This document shows, in pieces, positions 35,666 through 48,029 of a stretch of DNA of 64,000 bases. Made by a program: the position numbers and the translations under genes. The first letter of the stretch is position 1. The number at the start of each line of letters is the position of its first letter. Origin of the DNA: Podarcis filfolensis (taxonomy: Eukaryota); NCBI GenBank assembly GCA_964270895.1, contig OZ185438.1; one strand, 5' to 3'. Below the pieces are notes generated by a model. The model had not been told where the DNA came from. It worked only from the letters and a program-made list of their open reading frames with translations, and did no database searches.

Positions 35666-35893
35666 GAAGCATCAAATTTCTGTAGCAGAATGATTCCCAC
35701 CTAATCTGAAAAGTTTATGAAGCGGAGTGAAGCTACCTCACTCTGCTAGGGGGACAGGAAGGCTGTGGCAAAGCAGAGTGTTTCTTGCGCATGTGTGATC
35801 AAAGAGCCACTCTGGATAACAGGTTTCACTCCCGCTGAGCCAAAGCAAAGTCTAGGAACCATGTCAATGTGATGCAAGTAAAGCAATAGTCCA

Positions 35894-35982
35894 GGCTACA
35901 GTCCCTAACTACATTTACCTGTAAGTAAGCCCCATGAAATTCAATAGGATTTACTGCAGAGTAGACAAGGTTAGAATTGCAC
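35894..35982 (+). mobile_element. Short palindromic MITE family, copy
   Basis: GGCTACAGTCC...TTTACCTGTAAGTAAGCCCCATGAAATTCAATAGGATTTACT...GAGTAGAC...AATTGCAC. Confidence 0.65.
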
Positions 35983-35994
35983 ATTGCTAGATTT

Positions 35995-36133
35995 CATAGA
36001 ACCGTAGAGTTGGAAGGGACCACGGGGATCATCTAGTCCAACCCCTTGCAAGACAGGAATCTTTTGCCCAACCTGGGACTTGAACCCACAACCCTGAGAT
36101 TAAGATTCTCATGCTATATGACTGAGCTATCCC
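35995..36133 (-). mobile_element. tRNA(Lys)-derived SINE with CR1-type 3' tail
   Basis: Head GGGATAGCTCAGTCATATAGCATGAGAATCTTAATCTCAGGGTTGTGGGTTCAAGTCCC resembles tRNA-Lys(CTT). The tail GGTCCCTTCCAACTCTACGGTTCTATG is a CR1-like 3' end. Confidence 0.8.
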
Positions 36134-39100
36134 TCAGGGTTTTGTTCTGTTTACTGTTATGCAAATGTTGGTCACATTGAAATAAGCATTGTGTAACCAC
36201 CATTTTTGAGGTCAGTATGCCTCAGTATATCAGTTTCTGCTATTAAACGTATGGCCTGCTTTCGTGCTTCCCATAGGTATCTGGTGGACCAGTCTGAGAA
36301 AAGGATGCTGCACCACATGGGACATGGGCCTGATTCAGCACTCATTTTCTTATTAAACCTGACTCTCAATCAAGAGAATCAGGAGCAGGATCACACAAGC
36401 AGGATGTTGTTTGCCCCTAACAAAATTGGTGTACATCAGTCATTGATATTACTGTTTATGCAAAAGCAGGGAGAAAACCTGCAAACAAAGCATCATGAGA
36501 TAGATTCATTTTGCTGCAAAAGTAGTTTTGCTCCACGTTTTAACACTTAGACATTGTGAGAATAGCAGCCTAGTTTTCTCAGAATAGATTCAGTTTATTT
36601 CGGAACTTGATCGTACAATATTTAAAAACAATGGAAAGTTAACAGATTTGTTCAATAAATACAATGGAAATTTCCTCACATTACAAACTAATCTAACTCT
36701 GTTTTGAATTACCATGCAAATCAGAACACACAAAACAGACTGTGTGTAGCCCTGATCTTCTATTTCTCTCACTCACACATACATGCATGCAAAACCTTAT
36801 CTTTCTTCTCCTAGGAAAGCCAGGCAGTTTTGACTCAGTCTACAGTAGAAAGCAGTTTTCTCCTGCTATGTGCAAAAGGTATGCCTATCTTGAACTCCTC
36901 TATCACTTTTTAAATACCAGTTTGATTATTTCAGAGTGATTAGAACACAGTAAATTTGTGGATTTCACTTGTAAGCTTAGGATCACAGTCCTAGACCTCA
37001 CCCATCTTGGATGAGCTTTCCTTGGTATTTTTTATGTCCTGGTTTCAAACAAAGCCATACTCATTTAGCAAGGGGTGTGACTGCATACTGGAGCTGGTCT
37101 TGCGCGAGGTGAAATACTCTTTAATCCTGAAAGAATGTGAAAATGTACTTCCCACTTGCCTCCCACAATTTAATTCTCTCCTTAATAAACCCATTTGGAA
37201 AGATCAAATGTGAGATCTGCCTAAAATTGTGCAGTTTATACTTGGTTTTAGTCCCAAATTATGAAAAGGGTTTAATTTGAACCAGGAATTTCCCTTTCAG
37301 TGCCTGCATATATAAATTGCATTGACATTGCTAATTGTGCCTGACATTGCTAATTGTGCCTTGGTATCTGCTGCTAAAGGAGAAGGTCCCAGGCATGCCA
37401 ACTCTTATTCCAGAAGGAGATACTGGAATAGGTTGGTTCCTACCCAGGGTGGGACAAAAACAGCTTCAGTGCTTAAATTCAGATAGGACTCTCCAGGGCA
37501 GAAACCTAGTTGCACTGACATCTGGAGCCAGAATCTGGTGAGAGTAATTTTTCTTTGCACCTGCAAGCTGGCTAGGAACTACAGTTAGCATACATAGAGT
37601 GCACCTGGAATGAAAAGTGAGGCTTTTGGATCAGAGAGTTTGGCTACTACAATTCCTGAGCATTGGCAGTCCTCAGACTATGCTCTGGAGGCATGTGAAA
37701 GCATTGGGGTATTAGTACACAAGTCACTACCTACAGTTCTGCCTTCAAACCATTTCCTCTAGAATTTTTAAGAACATTTCTATCCTGCCTTTCCATTATA
37801 GAGTGTCCAAGGTAGTCACTATATAACTTACGATCCACAGAATGTTAACACCTGGATTTCTTCCTAATGAACCAATATGGTTATCTATTATGCATGTATA
37901 AATGAACTTACTCTAAAATCTATGGCTTGAGTATTGCAGCAAAACTATCAAGAAATCAGTGATCATCCAGTCCTGCTAGTATGTCCCCCTCTGAATTCAG
38001 TTTGAGACACCTAGACTGAAATAGTCACAATTTGTGCGTTAGAAGGTGGAGCACAACTATTTCCACAACAGAATGAATCCTGCCTAAGTGCCAGACAAAC
38101 AGAGCCTCCCCCAGAGATCTTAAGGCACAAGTTGGCAGGTGTTAGTGAAGGTGCTTTGGCAAGTACTTGTAATAAATCATACAAGTTTAACAAAAGCAGT
38201 TTCTTATTACTGAACTATTTAGACTGTCTTGAACAACTTTCCAGTATCCTTGAAGGACAGGGGCCTTCTCTGTGGTGGCTCCCAGATTATGGAACACTCC
38301 TTCCCTGTAAAGTTGCATATGTCTCCCATGTTGGCATCATTTTGCTGACAGTTAAAAATATACCCTTCGGGGCTGGGTGACAAGGGTTGGCAGTCTGTTA
38401 TTCCTTGCCTGCTGTGTTGTGAACCTAAACTGTTTTGAGTATTTTTATATAGAAAATATATGGAGGGGGGCGCCGAGCAAAAAGCAGACACTTCCTTTAC
38501 TATGTGTGTGCCACCATGGGCTCCTATTGGAAGGAGGACAGGGTAAAAAAATATAACAGATGGGGGAGAGAGAGAGAGAAAATATTGTGGGATGCATTAT
38601 TACTAGAGCAGTCAAGTACAACATTTTCTTGTTGCCTAGAATGGACACACAGTGGAATGTGACTCCAGACAGGGAGGACTTCCTGTCATACCTTCTCTGG
38701 AGCTTCTTCCCCCTCTGTGTGACCCTAGCTGACCACATAAAAGGGCAAGCCATGCAACCATCTCTCTCTTGCTCTCTTGGACCCTCGCTGTCCTGGCTCT
38801 TATCCAGCACACAGCTCAACCTTCACATAGGATGGAGCCCAAAAGCAGAAAGTCTGAAATGTAACTCAGACTTCTTTTCACTGTAGCCACAAGATAAAAC
38901 CTGCCTTCAGATTACTGCTGTGAACTGAATGTGAGTAAAACTTTATTCTTACTTTTAAAGAAGACTGTGTTGCGTTATTCTTATTTTAAGAGGGAAATAA
39001 AGGGGAAACTTACCAGGAACAATCCAAACTGGACAAGCCAAGCTGGATTGCTTAATTAAAGGATTATAACGAATCATCAACCTGCTTCCAATAAGTTGCA

Positions 39101-39574
39101 AAGGGAATGTGCTCTGCTGTTTACTCGCTAGCGTGAGTGAGGAGGGATAATATTCAAACAATATATCCTCTCCTACCTTCCTTAACATTCCCACAAATAT
39201 GAAAGAGTATGTGCCATTTTTAAACGTAGTGAAACAAACAGGGATCAACTGTATCCTCAGGACAATTATCCTGGAGAATAGCCCAATGGGCTTCAAGGAG
39301 AGAATCCTGAAGTAAGCCATTTGTAGACTGGAAATTGTATGTACAAAAGTAACTGAAACTGTGGTCCTGAAAACACCTGCAAGATTGTACATCTTCAGAT
39401 TTTTTCTTAGATGCAAGTGGAATGTGTCCTTTGGTAGGCCCCCTCTTCTGTCAGTGGGCCCATGTGGATTTATCTGGCTGTGGTGGGCAAGGCACCAAGG
39501 AGAAGCCCTGTGTCTAGCCTCTGTCTTAATTTTCCACAATTGCCTGTAACAATGCTAGGTAGGAATTATTATCA

Positions 39575-39587
39575 AATAATAATAATA

Positions 39588-39631
<44 letters not shown>
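39575..39631. repeat. (AAT)n microsatellite
   Basis: Read directly; one interruption. Confidence 0.95.
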
Positions 39632-39632
<1 letters not shown>

Positions 39633-39744
39633 TAATGCTCCCTGGCACTGCTTTGAATGCAAGGCCAGGGGGGGGGCAAGGGGCAGGCATCAGCAGTGGG
39701 CCCTGCAAGGTACTTGGATCCTAGCAACTCCCAAGGATGTGGTT

Positions 39745-39864
39745 GGGGAAGGGCCATAGTTTAGTGATGAGATGTATGCTTTGCATACCCAGGTATGTCC
39801 AGGTAGGACTGGGAGATCCCTGACTGAAAGAGAGCAGCTGCAAATCTCTCTAGCCAGTGCAGAC
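39745..39864 (+). mobile_element. Decayed copy of the tRNA(Ala-like) SINE
   Basis: GGGGAAGGGCCATAGTTTAGTG...TGCTTTGCAT...CCAGGTAGGACTGGGAGA...GCCAGTGCAGAC, similar to 33105-33281. Confidence 0.55.
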
Positions 39865-40498
39865 CTAGATTTCCCCAATAGCCATATTCAGTATAAGGTA
39901 GCTTCCTATGTGCTTCTGCCATCCACACCAGGAAAAGACTGCAATCCTTACTTCCTAAAGAACAGTGTTCCTCCCTGGCTTCAGGTTGGTGTTCCAGGAC
40001 ACTGTGTACTCCATGCAGGATTATCTAGCCCAGGGGTTCCCAGAGTGTGGTCTGCAGGTTTCATTCAGGTGAGCTGCAGCATGCCCACATTAAATATTCA
40101 TAATGATTTTTACTGATATTTTTATTGCTTCTTTTATTTCTTATGTTGTAATTTATTGTATTACAATCTGAGTTCTATGGAATGTGAGTTGTAATATAAT
40201 AAAATACAGTATAAGAAATAAAAGAAGCAATTAAAAGGCAATTAAACATCATACAGCTTCTAGCACGGCACAATACAACGGCTACAAAAGGTAGAATATC
40301 ATTAAATGGTCTGTAAAGACCGTCAACAAGAGGTCCATGGTCCAGGTGGGATTTGGGAACCAAATATCTAGTCTGGCCTAAGAGCAGGCCAGTTGTTTGT
40401 TTTTAGGTGAATAAACCTTTCAAAAGAGTGAATTCACAGGTGCATGTTCTCAACTCCAGTACATGACCTCAGTATCAAGTGTTGACAGCCATCACAAT

Positions 40499-40569
40499 TA
40501 GAATCATAGAATTTTAGAATTGGAAGGTACCCCAAAGGTCCTGTAGTCCAACCCCTGCAATGTAGGAAG
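40499..40569 (-). mobile_element. CR1-type 3' tail fragment
   Basis: AGAATCATAGAATTTTAGAATTGGAAGGTACCCC...TAGTCCAACCCCTGCAATG, the same tail as at 35995 and 42306. Confidence 0.7.
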
Positions 40570-42305
40570 AGGACGCACAGCCCTTCCTTGGGGTTCCACG
40601 ATGGATGCTTTTCAAAGGCGCGGGTTCACACATCTCAGCTGAGGAATGAGATAGGCAGATGTGTGTGCATGTGTGAATCAACCCTCAGCTAAACTGCTTA
40701 CAAGGAACTCTAACATCCTCGCCGGGGTGCATACATCCTTTCCCTACTTTCAGAGGAATAGTATGCAGTTGGGGACACGCGTGCTAAATAAATGTTGCAG
40801 GTGAGGGTCGTCGGCCCCCTCCTCTAACTGGCCCAAAAAAGCTCAGCTTTGTGGTTCCTGTAAAACCACCAGACACACTTACAAAGGAGTAAGGGCCATT
40901 GCACCCCGCAAGACTTGAATTTCCAAATAGGCTTGGTTGGGGACTGCGCCGCAAGCTATTCAAAGGGGGAGGGGAGAAAGGGGGAGGGCGGGCCTCAAAA
41001 CCCCATCCAAGGAAATCGATGAGGAAGACGATGCTGGGGTGGATTTCTTGTGTTAAATATTAGTTTTGTTTTTCCCTCGGGCATGCTCGCTACTTTCTTT
41101 ACTAGGGCCCGGGGCGAAACCGTTGTCCCCTGTCGCCGCACCGCCCCCTTTAGTTCTCTCTCCCTCGCCATAGAGAGAGCTTTGTGTAAAAGCCGAAGAG
41201 GCGCTGGCTGCTCGCGCTCCAACAGCTGTCACATTATTTGCACTAGCTGTAAACAGCCTTCGGCCCCCCCCTCCGCCTTTCTCCCTCCCTCCCTCCCCAC
41301 ACCACATAGTTAAATCCAGACTAACAATCCACAGTTAGAGATCAAACCAACAACAGCAGCATTGTGTCTGCCCTTCCTTGCTCTAGCATCACTCCTGCAG
41401 CTGGTTTACTCGAAACAAGGAGCCCCCCTCTCCCCTCCCCCGCCTCCCCCCAGGCCAGGGAACTATTTGTATCAGCCGGTCCCTCACTCTCGCGAACTCT
41501 CCTTGGGCAATAAATGGGGTCTTTTAAAAAGTAAGCTTTCCTCCGCCTCCCCGCGCGCCACCCCCGTCCTCTTTTTGCTCTTTTTTGACGCGTCTCTCTC
41601 TCTCATTTCCACCCCAAGTCGCCCTCTCCCCGAAGGGCCAGGTCAGAGCTGGAGTCCTCTTCTGCTTGCCTCCAGTCCAGCTGCAGTAGCTTAGCGCGCC
41701 CCCCGCCCGCCCGTGCCTTTGCCCGGGTCTCGCTCATTGTGGCTCTTAGAAGCTTTAATGCCTCTCGTTCCGCAGGAGAAATTCCTCAGCTGGCTGCATT
41801 TGCAAGCGCGGGCGTCGGTGGGGGGGGGGGGCGCCGAGCAGAGAGCAGAGACTGTTGCTTTCTTGCCTTCCTGCTTTTAACAGTTTCTTTCCCTCGTGGT
41901 CCTTAAGAGATGCACCCCGTCCCGTCCCCCCCAGCGCTTCTCATCAGCTCCCCAGACGCTACAGGCCCCGGACAGTGACGTGGACCCGATTATTTGCATT
42001 GAGTGACACGAAGAGACGCCGTGTCACTCAAGCGAGAGGGACGCGGAGGGAGGGGGTGGTGGTTTGAAATCCTCTTTTTTCCAGCGCCTGCCGCACCCGG
42101 CGCCCGCTACCTGAAGCGAGCACTTGCAGGCCGGTTTTCTGTTACCCGCACCAGCTGAGGCCCAAATACTCGAGTCGTAGCTGTCTGGAGAACGAACGAG
42201 CTGCCAGAAAGGGCGCCCGGGGGGTTATTCTGATGCTGGGAAACTTCCACCCAGTAGAAGAGATAGGGGTTACTGGGTCGGTGATTGTGGGGGCGAAGAA
42301 AGGGG

Positions 42306-42378
42306 TAGAACCATAGAAGTGTAGAGTTGGAAGGGACCCTGAGGGTCATCTAGTCCAACCCCCCAATGCAGGAATATG
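42306..42378 (-). mobile_element. CR1-type 3' tail fragment
   Basis: TAGAACCATAGAAGTGTAGAGTTGGAAGGGACCCTGAGGGTCATCTAGTCCAACCCCCCAATGCAGGAATATG. Confidence 0.75.
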
Positions 42379-42800
42379 TAGCTCTCCCATATGAAGGTAG
42401 GAAGCAGGGCATCCACATTAGTGTAGGAGCAGCTCATGGCTACCCATGACCTTGCCTAGGTACCACCTTCTTTCTGGCTTGTCCCAGTTCAAATGAAAGG
42501 GGGCCTCGCTCAGCTCTTATTCCCACGTCCCACGTCCACTAACCGCTCGACAATATCCGAGTTGACTCGGTCCTAAATCCCTGTGTTCAGTTAGGGTTTG
42601 CTCTCAAGGCAAGTGCATATAATATTTCCCCTGTTAGAGCGACCTAGACCCACTGGATATTGCTTCCGGACATCCTTGCTACTGCTGCTGCTGCTGATAC
42701 TCCGCTATGGTTTTGGCCATGCCCGGAGCAAAATAACGGAAATGGAAGATCTTGTGCCGCATGACAGGAGCAGCCCCAGTGAGGCCTGCCATATTTTCTT

Positions 42801-42867
42801 GGACTACAATTCCCATCAACCCCTAGTCATTGCATCCAGCGGCTAGGGATTATGGGAGCTGTAGTCC
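42801..42867. mobile_element. Palindromic MITE core
   Basis: GGACTACAATTCCCATCAACCCCTAG ... CTAGGGATTATGGGAGCTGTAGTCC form imperfect inverted arms, a motif I recall as common in squamate DNA-transposon derivatives. Confidence 0.55.
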
Positions 42868-45800
42868 CTGCCCGACGGTGATGCCGGCGAGTGCCCCCCC
42901 CCCTCTCATACACACGTGTCCTCCTAGGCACCCTATATGTACTCATTGAGCAACTGAACTATTTGCCTATCCTTAAAAATAAAAAACCCTGCTGCGTAAA
43001 ATACAGCTCTTGTATGCCAAAGTCCTCAGGAGCTGGAGGAACAGCTGCTTAGGTGTCCTGATCTTTTGGGCAAATAGCTGAGAAGGAAGCTACTTTGGTC
43101 TCTCTGGGCCAGCGGGCAATTTGCCACCAACTACCGTACTTGTTCAAAGCCCAGGCGACCCGCGGAACAAACACACAGCATTTTCATTGGGAAAGAGACC
43201 CCGGTCCAGCCTGCGGCTTTCCTCCTCTCGAGTAGCTGGCCTTTAGGTTCAGCGCAATTCATCTCGATTATGACGGGGAGACCAGGTGGCTGGAGCTGTG
43301 CAGGCCGAGTCTCAGCTGCGGTCTCCAAGAGTGCAGCTTTGGGAGGCACCAACAGCCGCGAAAATTAACTCTTGACCCTAAACACATTTACATGGCAGCC
43401 GGCCCTGCTCAAGTCAAGAAGGCTGGCTGGCTCCAGTGTGCAAATGCAGTTAACTCTGCAAAGGGAGTAAATCTCGTGGTTGTATCTCCGTAGACCCCTG
43501 GCAACTAACAAACAGGCCTGTGTCATAAGCAACCTCTTAAGACCGTTTCTTTTTGTTTTCCATTTCGCCCCTTTTTTATTACTACTGTTTTTATAAAAAT
43601 AATTATTTAAAAAAAACTCTCGAAAATACAGTTGAAAAACTAGGATACGAAAGAGGCGCAGGAAAACTAAAGCGGTTGGGAAGGGAGGAAATTGGCGGCG
43701 CATTTCCTTACTTGCCAGCTCCTAAATTTTATTAAACCATTGGGGCTTACTCCTAAAGTGTGTCAGAGATGGCAGCCTAAGCGTCTTGCTTCACCTTAGA
43801 AACTGTAACAGCCTAACCCTATGCCAGATTACAGGCCAGAAGCAAAACGCACAAGAGTCCTTAAATGGGCCTTTCCCCCGTGTTAACTGCGCATGGGGTC
43901 GCAAACGTAGACCGCAAGACTTCTCTGGAAATAAGTCCCATTTGACTTACTTCCGAGTAACCACACATTGGATTGGGCTGCCGCCGCGGCAAAGGATTGT
44001 TTGTGCCTTCTTCGCTGCCACAGAAAAGCGGGGAACTTGCTCCACTGCAAGCCGAAACCGCAGGCGACATCTCACCCCAACCAAGGCAAACCAGTAAGCT
44101 CGAGGAAACTTACTTCCGAGGGAGAAGGCATAGGATCGGCCTGCGCGGGTCTTTGGATCTGGGGCTCTGCCTGTGCAGGAGACAGCGGGAGACGCAGACT
44201 CCAGCTCTAGCTACTAAAGGTTAAAAGGTTTCGCTAGCGCAGCTCCTGCGTCTCCGACAGACGAGCCGCTGCCTCCGCAGCACCCAACTTCCAAGCCAAA
44301 TTCTCCCGGGCGAGCGATTCCAAGCATCCGCGTCTTTGTAGCCCTGCTGTGGTCAGTTACAACCGGTGCCTCAGCCGAGCTGGCAATTTATTTGCTTGCC
44401 GCTGTACAAAGTGTGGGGGGGGCGGGTGGAGAGAGGAGGGAGAAAGAGAAAACCATTGCTAACAAAATAATGTCAGCAAAGGCTGCAACACATTCTTGCG
44501 AGAGAGCAGCGCTTCGTGCCTACCGAGGCTCTTTCAGCACAAAGGCTTTTAGAGAGGAAGACGGGAGGGGGCGGGGGAGGGAGAGGAGGGAGCGAGAGCG
44601 CTCTCGTATTTCAGGGCTGTTGTCCCCCTGGGAACCAAGAACCAAGTGTAGCTTCAATCAAATGCTGACTTCTCCTTCGGGAACTCAGCAGGAAACCTGA
44701 TCTCACAAGTTTATGCCTGCCTCCATCTACACGGGCTGGGCTCCCCCCACGCCCCCATCCGCCTTCCCTTTCATACCAGCAATTTGTATATAGAGACGAG
44801 ATCCAATATTCCTGATTGAAAAGGAGATGAGGCGGGAGGGCGGGGAAATCAGGTCGGGGACTCTCCGTTCTTGCCAAAAGCAAAACAGCCTCGAAACATC
44901 CACGCAGGGCAGCCTCGCGTCGCATCCACCGGGGCGAAGCCGTTGTTCCAAGCTCGCAAGCCTCCTCCTCCTCCTCCCACCCGTATTCTTTATGCTCTTG
45001 ATTACACGTACAAGGAATCTCCGGCGCTTAAAGCTGCAGCCCTCTTGGGTAGACTTCCTTGGGAAGAAGTCCCACTGAACTTAGTGGGGCTTACCTCCAA
45101 GGAAATGTGCCTGAGAGCGGACCTTTGGATGTTTGCTTCCGCACCCAGAAAGAACATCGTTACTCAGCAGTAAGCAAGGATGCTCAGCCGGTGGTACCGC
45201 CTTCCTGGCCATTATTAGGATGGCTGCATCACAGCCCGAGGATCCCCTGCAGGATTTAGGCGCGCTCAACTGTTTGTAGGATCGGGCTCTTTGGTTAGAT
45301 ATACGAAGCCACTGGAAACATATTTACGGTTCGCTCCGTTTCGACCCATTCCCCGAGACCAGATTAGCCGAACCACTTGGTTTCACGGATCCGGTTAGTT
45401 CCACTAAAACAATGCAACCTGATCGGCGTAATAGTTTCAGCTCTGCCTAGAATGGGAGCCCAGGCATGGGTCAGGTGGAACGCGCCCAAACAGCAACCTT
45501 GTGGCGAGAAACAATGTTCTCCGAGAGGCCACTGTCTACCCGGGCCACCCCATCTCCTCCTCCTCTCCAATCAATGATCAGGAAGGATTCTTGATGGGGA
45601 ACTGCAGCTTCTTGTGCAAGACCAACTGCGAGCGTGGTTTACACAACCCGCCCGGCCAAGAAGCAGCCAGGAGGAAAGGGAGATGACAGGAACCGAGACT
45701 CAGTGGGGAGGAAGGCGCATCAGTCACTTCCTGCTCTGAGGTTCCTTAACTGGGGGAGGGGGGCGTTTCAGCCACTCCTCTCTCTCTTTTTTTATAACTC

Positions 45801-46892
45801 TGCTTGGCTTCTGCTTGTAAAGTGTTCCTGAAACTAACAACCCATGGTTCAAGTAACATCTCAGCTTGCTCAGAGCACAGGGAACAAAAGAACTCTCCCC
45901 TGGCCTACCCGAGATAGCGGATACCACAACAAACATATCTGCCTGAAAGCACCACCAAACCCTTTGCTTATTTTTTTGTTAAACCAGAGTAGAGTCCTTA
46001 TGCATGTCTACTAGAAAGTAAGCAAAATACTTACTCTCCAGAAAGTGAATAGGATTATTGCCAAATACTCCTTTTTCACCACCCCCGTATATATATTTTT
46101 CCCAAGTGCTCCCCTTCTCTTTAATGTTGCCCTTATTTAGCAAACCCGGAATTCGCTTAATTGCTTTCTTTTGGCCTCCCCCAGCAACTTGCTCCTTTTG
46201 AAAATGCTGTAGGCACTCAAAAATATGCACACTCTACAATCTATCACTATGTCAGGAAAGGCCTTGCAGAGGTGGCATAGAACTACTGAGCAAACATAGC
46301 TCATGGATTGCTGCCACACATCTTATTTCGGGTTTGGGGTTTCCTTCAAGGAAGCCAGCCATCCTCCTGATAAGAATTTGCCTATGCCAATTATAATGTG
46401 CAAATGGGTAATCTGAAACTGCATATGTATTCATAAGTGAGCCTCAATGAGTTCACTGGCGCTTACTCCAAAGTAAGTACAGTATAGTATTCATCATATT
46501 GCAGCCATTACCATGTTGCCCAAGCCACAGTAAATCCAGAATCACTTGATTCATTGATTGATTGCTTTGAACTCAGTGTACCTAGAAGTACATGTGTTAA
46601 GCTCTGTTGCCACAGTGCACACCCTGATAACTGAATCCTGATCTACAGGTTAAAGTTCACATTATGGAAGATGCCAGCATGGTTAAAGAGCAGTGTAAAC
46701 AAAGGTATAAAAAGGTAAGAAGGTTCCCCTATTCCAAAATGAAAGTCTTGTCCTAATAAGGTGGTGGGAATTAAAAACACACAAGTTATGGCAAAACAAA
46801 TGTGCTGGGTAAAAGAAGCCAGCACAGCAATTGAGAAGCAAAATTCTAAGTGCATATAACAACTAACATTTATTAAAATAATATACGGCTTT

Positions 46893-47845
46893 ATAAGGCT
46901 TTGGGCTGGGTGTTCACCAGTATGCAGATGATACCCAGCTCTACCTCTCCTTAAAATCAGAACCAGTGAGGGCAGTGAAGGTCTTGTGTAAGTGTCTGGA
47001 GGTGGTTGGCGGGTGGATGGTGGCTAACAGATTGAGGCTGAATCCTGACAAGACAGAAGTTATTGGGGCACAGGGAGCGGGTGGGTGTGGGGGACTCCCT
47101 GGTCCTGAACAGGGTAACTTTGCCTCTGAAATAACAGGTGTGCAGCTTGGGAGTCATTTTGGATTCACAGCTGTCCATGGAGGCACAGGTCAAGTCTGTG
47201 TCCAGGGCAGCTGTTTATCATCTGGTACTCAGGCTGAGACCCTACCTGCCTGCAGACTGTCTCACCAGAGTGGTGCATGCTCTAGTTATCTCCTGCTTGG
47301 ACTACTGCAATGCACTCTACGTGGCGACCCAGAAACTACAACTAATCCAGAATGTGGCAGCTAGACTGGTGACTGGGAGTGGACACCGTGACCATATAAC
47401 ACTAAGTACTAAGGGATCTTTACTGGCTCCCAGTAGGTTTCCGAGCACAATTCAAAGTGTTGGTGCAGACCTTTAAAGCCCTAAACGGCCTCGGCCCAGT
47501 ATACCTGAAGGAGCATCTCTGCCCCTATCGCTCAGCCTGGACACTGAAGGCCTCCTCTGAGGGTCTTCTGCTGGTTCCCTCACTGCAAGAAGCGAAATTA
47601 CAGGGAACCAGGCAGAGGGCCTTCTCAGTAACGGGGCCCCTGGTAGTGGTTCCCTCCCTATGGAACACCTTCCCTTCAGATGTCAATGAAATAAACAACT
47701 ATCTGACTTTTAGAATACATCTGAAGGCAGCCCTGTTTAGGGAAGTTTTTAAAGATGTTTCTATTATGTTTTTATATATGTTGTAAACCGCCCAGAGTGG
47801 CTGGGGAAACCCAGCCAGATGGTAGGGGGGCTGCTGCTATTATTA

Positions 47846-47893
<48 letters not shown>
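46893..47893 (+). mobile_element. 5'-truncated L2-type LINE (decayed RT C-terminus, 3'UTR and (TAT)n tail)
   Basis: HQYADDTQLYLS RT motif at about 46915, then WMVANRLRLNPDKTEV, LGVILDSQLSM and LDYCNALY in shifted frames (ORFs 46966, 47138, 47457). Ends GTAAACCGCCCAGAG...(TAT)n. Confidence 0.9.
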
Positions 47894-47899
<6 letters not shown>

Positions 47900-48029
47900 A
47901 GACAAGTCTTCTTAAGGATTGGTAACTGATTAAAGTATGAGCAGCAGAGGGTACAAATAAAGGAACAATTCCCTACAATTGAGAGAAATAAGCAGTGGGG
48001 TAGGATCAGACTTGAGACCTGTCCCCCAC

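Larger units (their letters stand above)
40600..45700. promoter_or_regulatory. CpG-island cluster 2 (about 40.6-42.3 and 43.1-45.7 kb); candidate alternative BCOR promoter
   Basis: GC/CpG-rich, with clustered TF motifs and several minus-strand donor-like sites. Confidence 0.7.

Noticed and set aside
36062-36133. tRNA-Lys-like sequence
   Set aside because: The 5' acceptor stem is lost, the D-arm is mutated and it is fused to a CR1-type tail, so it is a SINE head and not a tRNA gene. The same applies to the tRNA-Ala-like heads at 33281 and 39745.
38955-39539. 194-aa minus-strand ORF in AT-rich DNA
   Set aside because: It starts at TTG, has no recognisable domain or flanking exon logic, and about one ORF of this length is plausible by chance in 64 kb.
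46966-47786. Three RT-like ORFs as a possible active or domesticated gene
   Set aside because: They are frameshifted pieces of a 5'-truncated L2 element.
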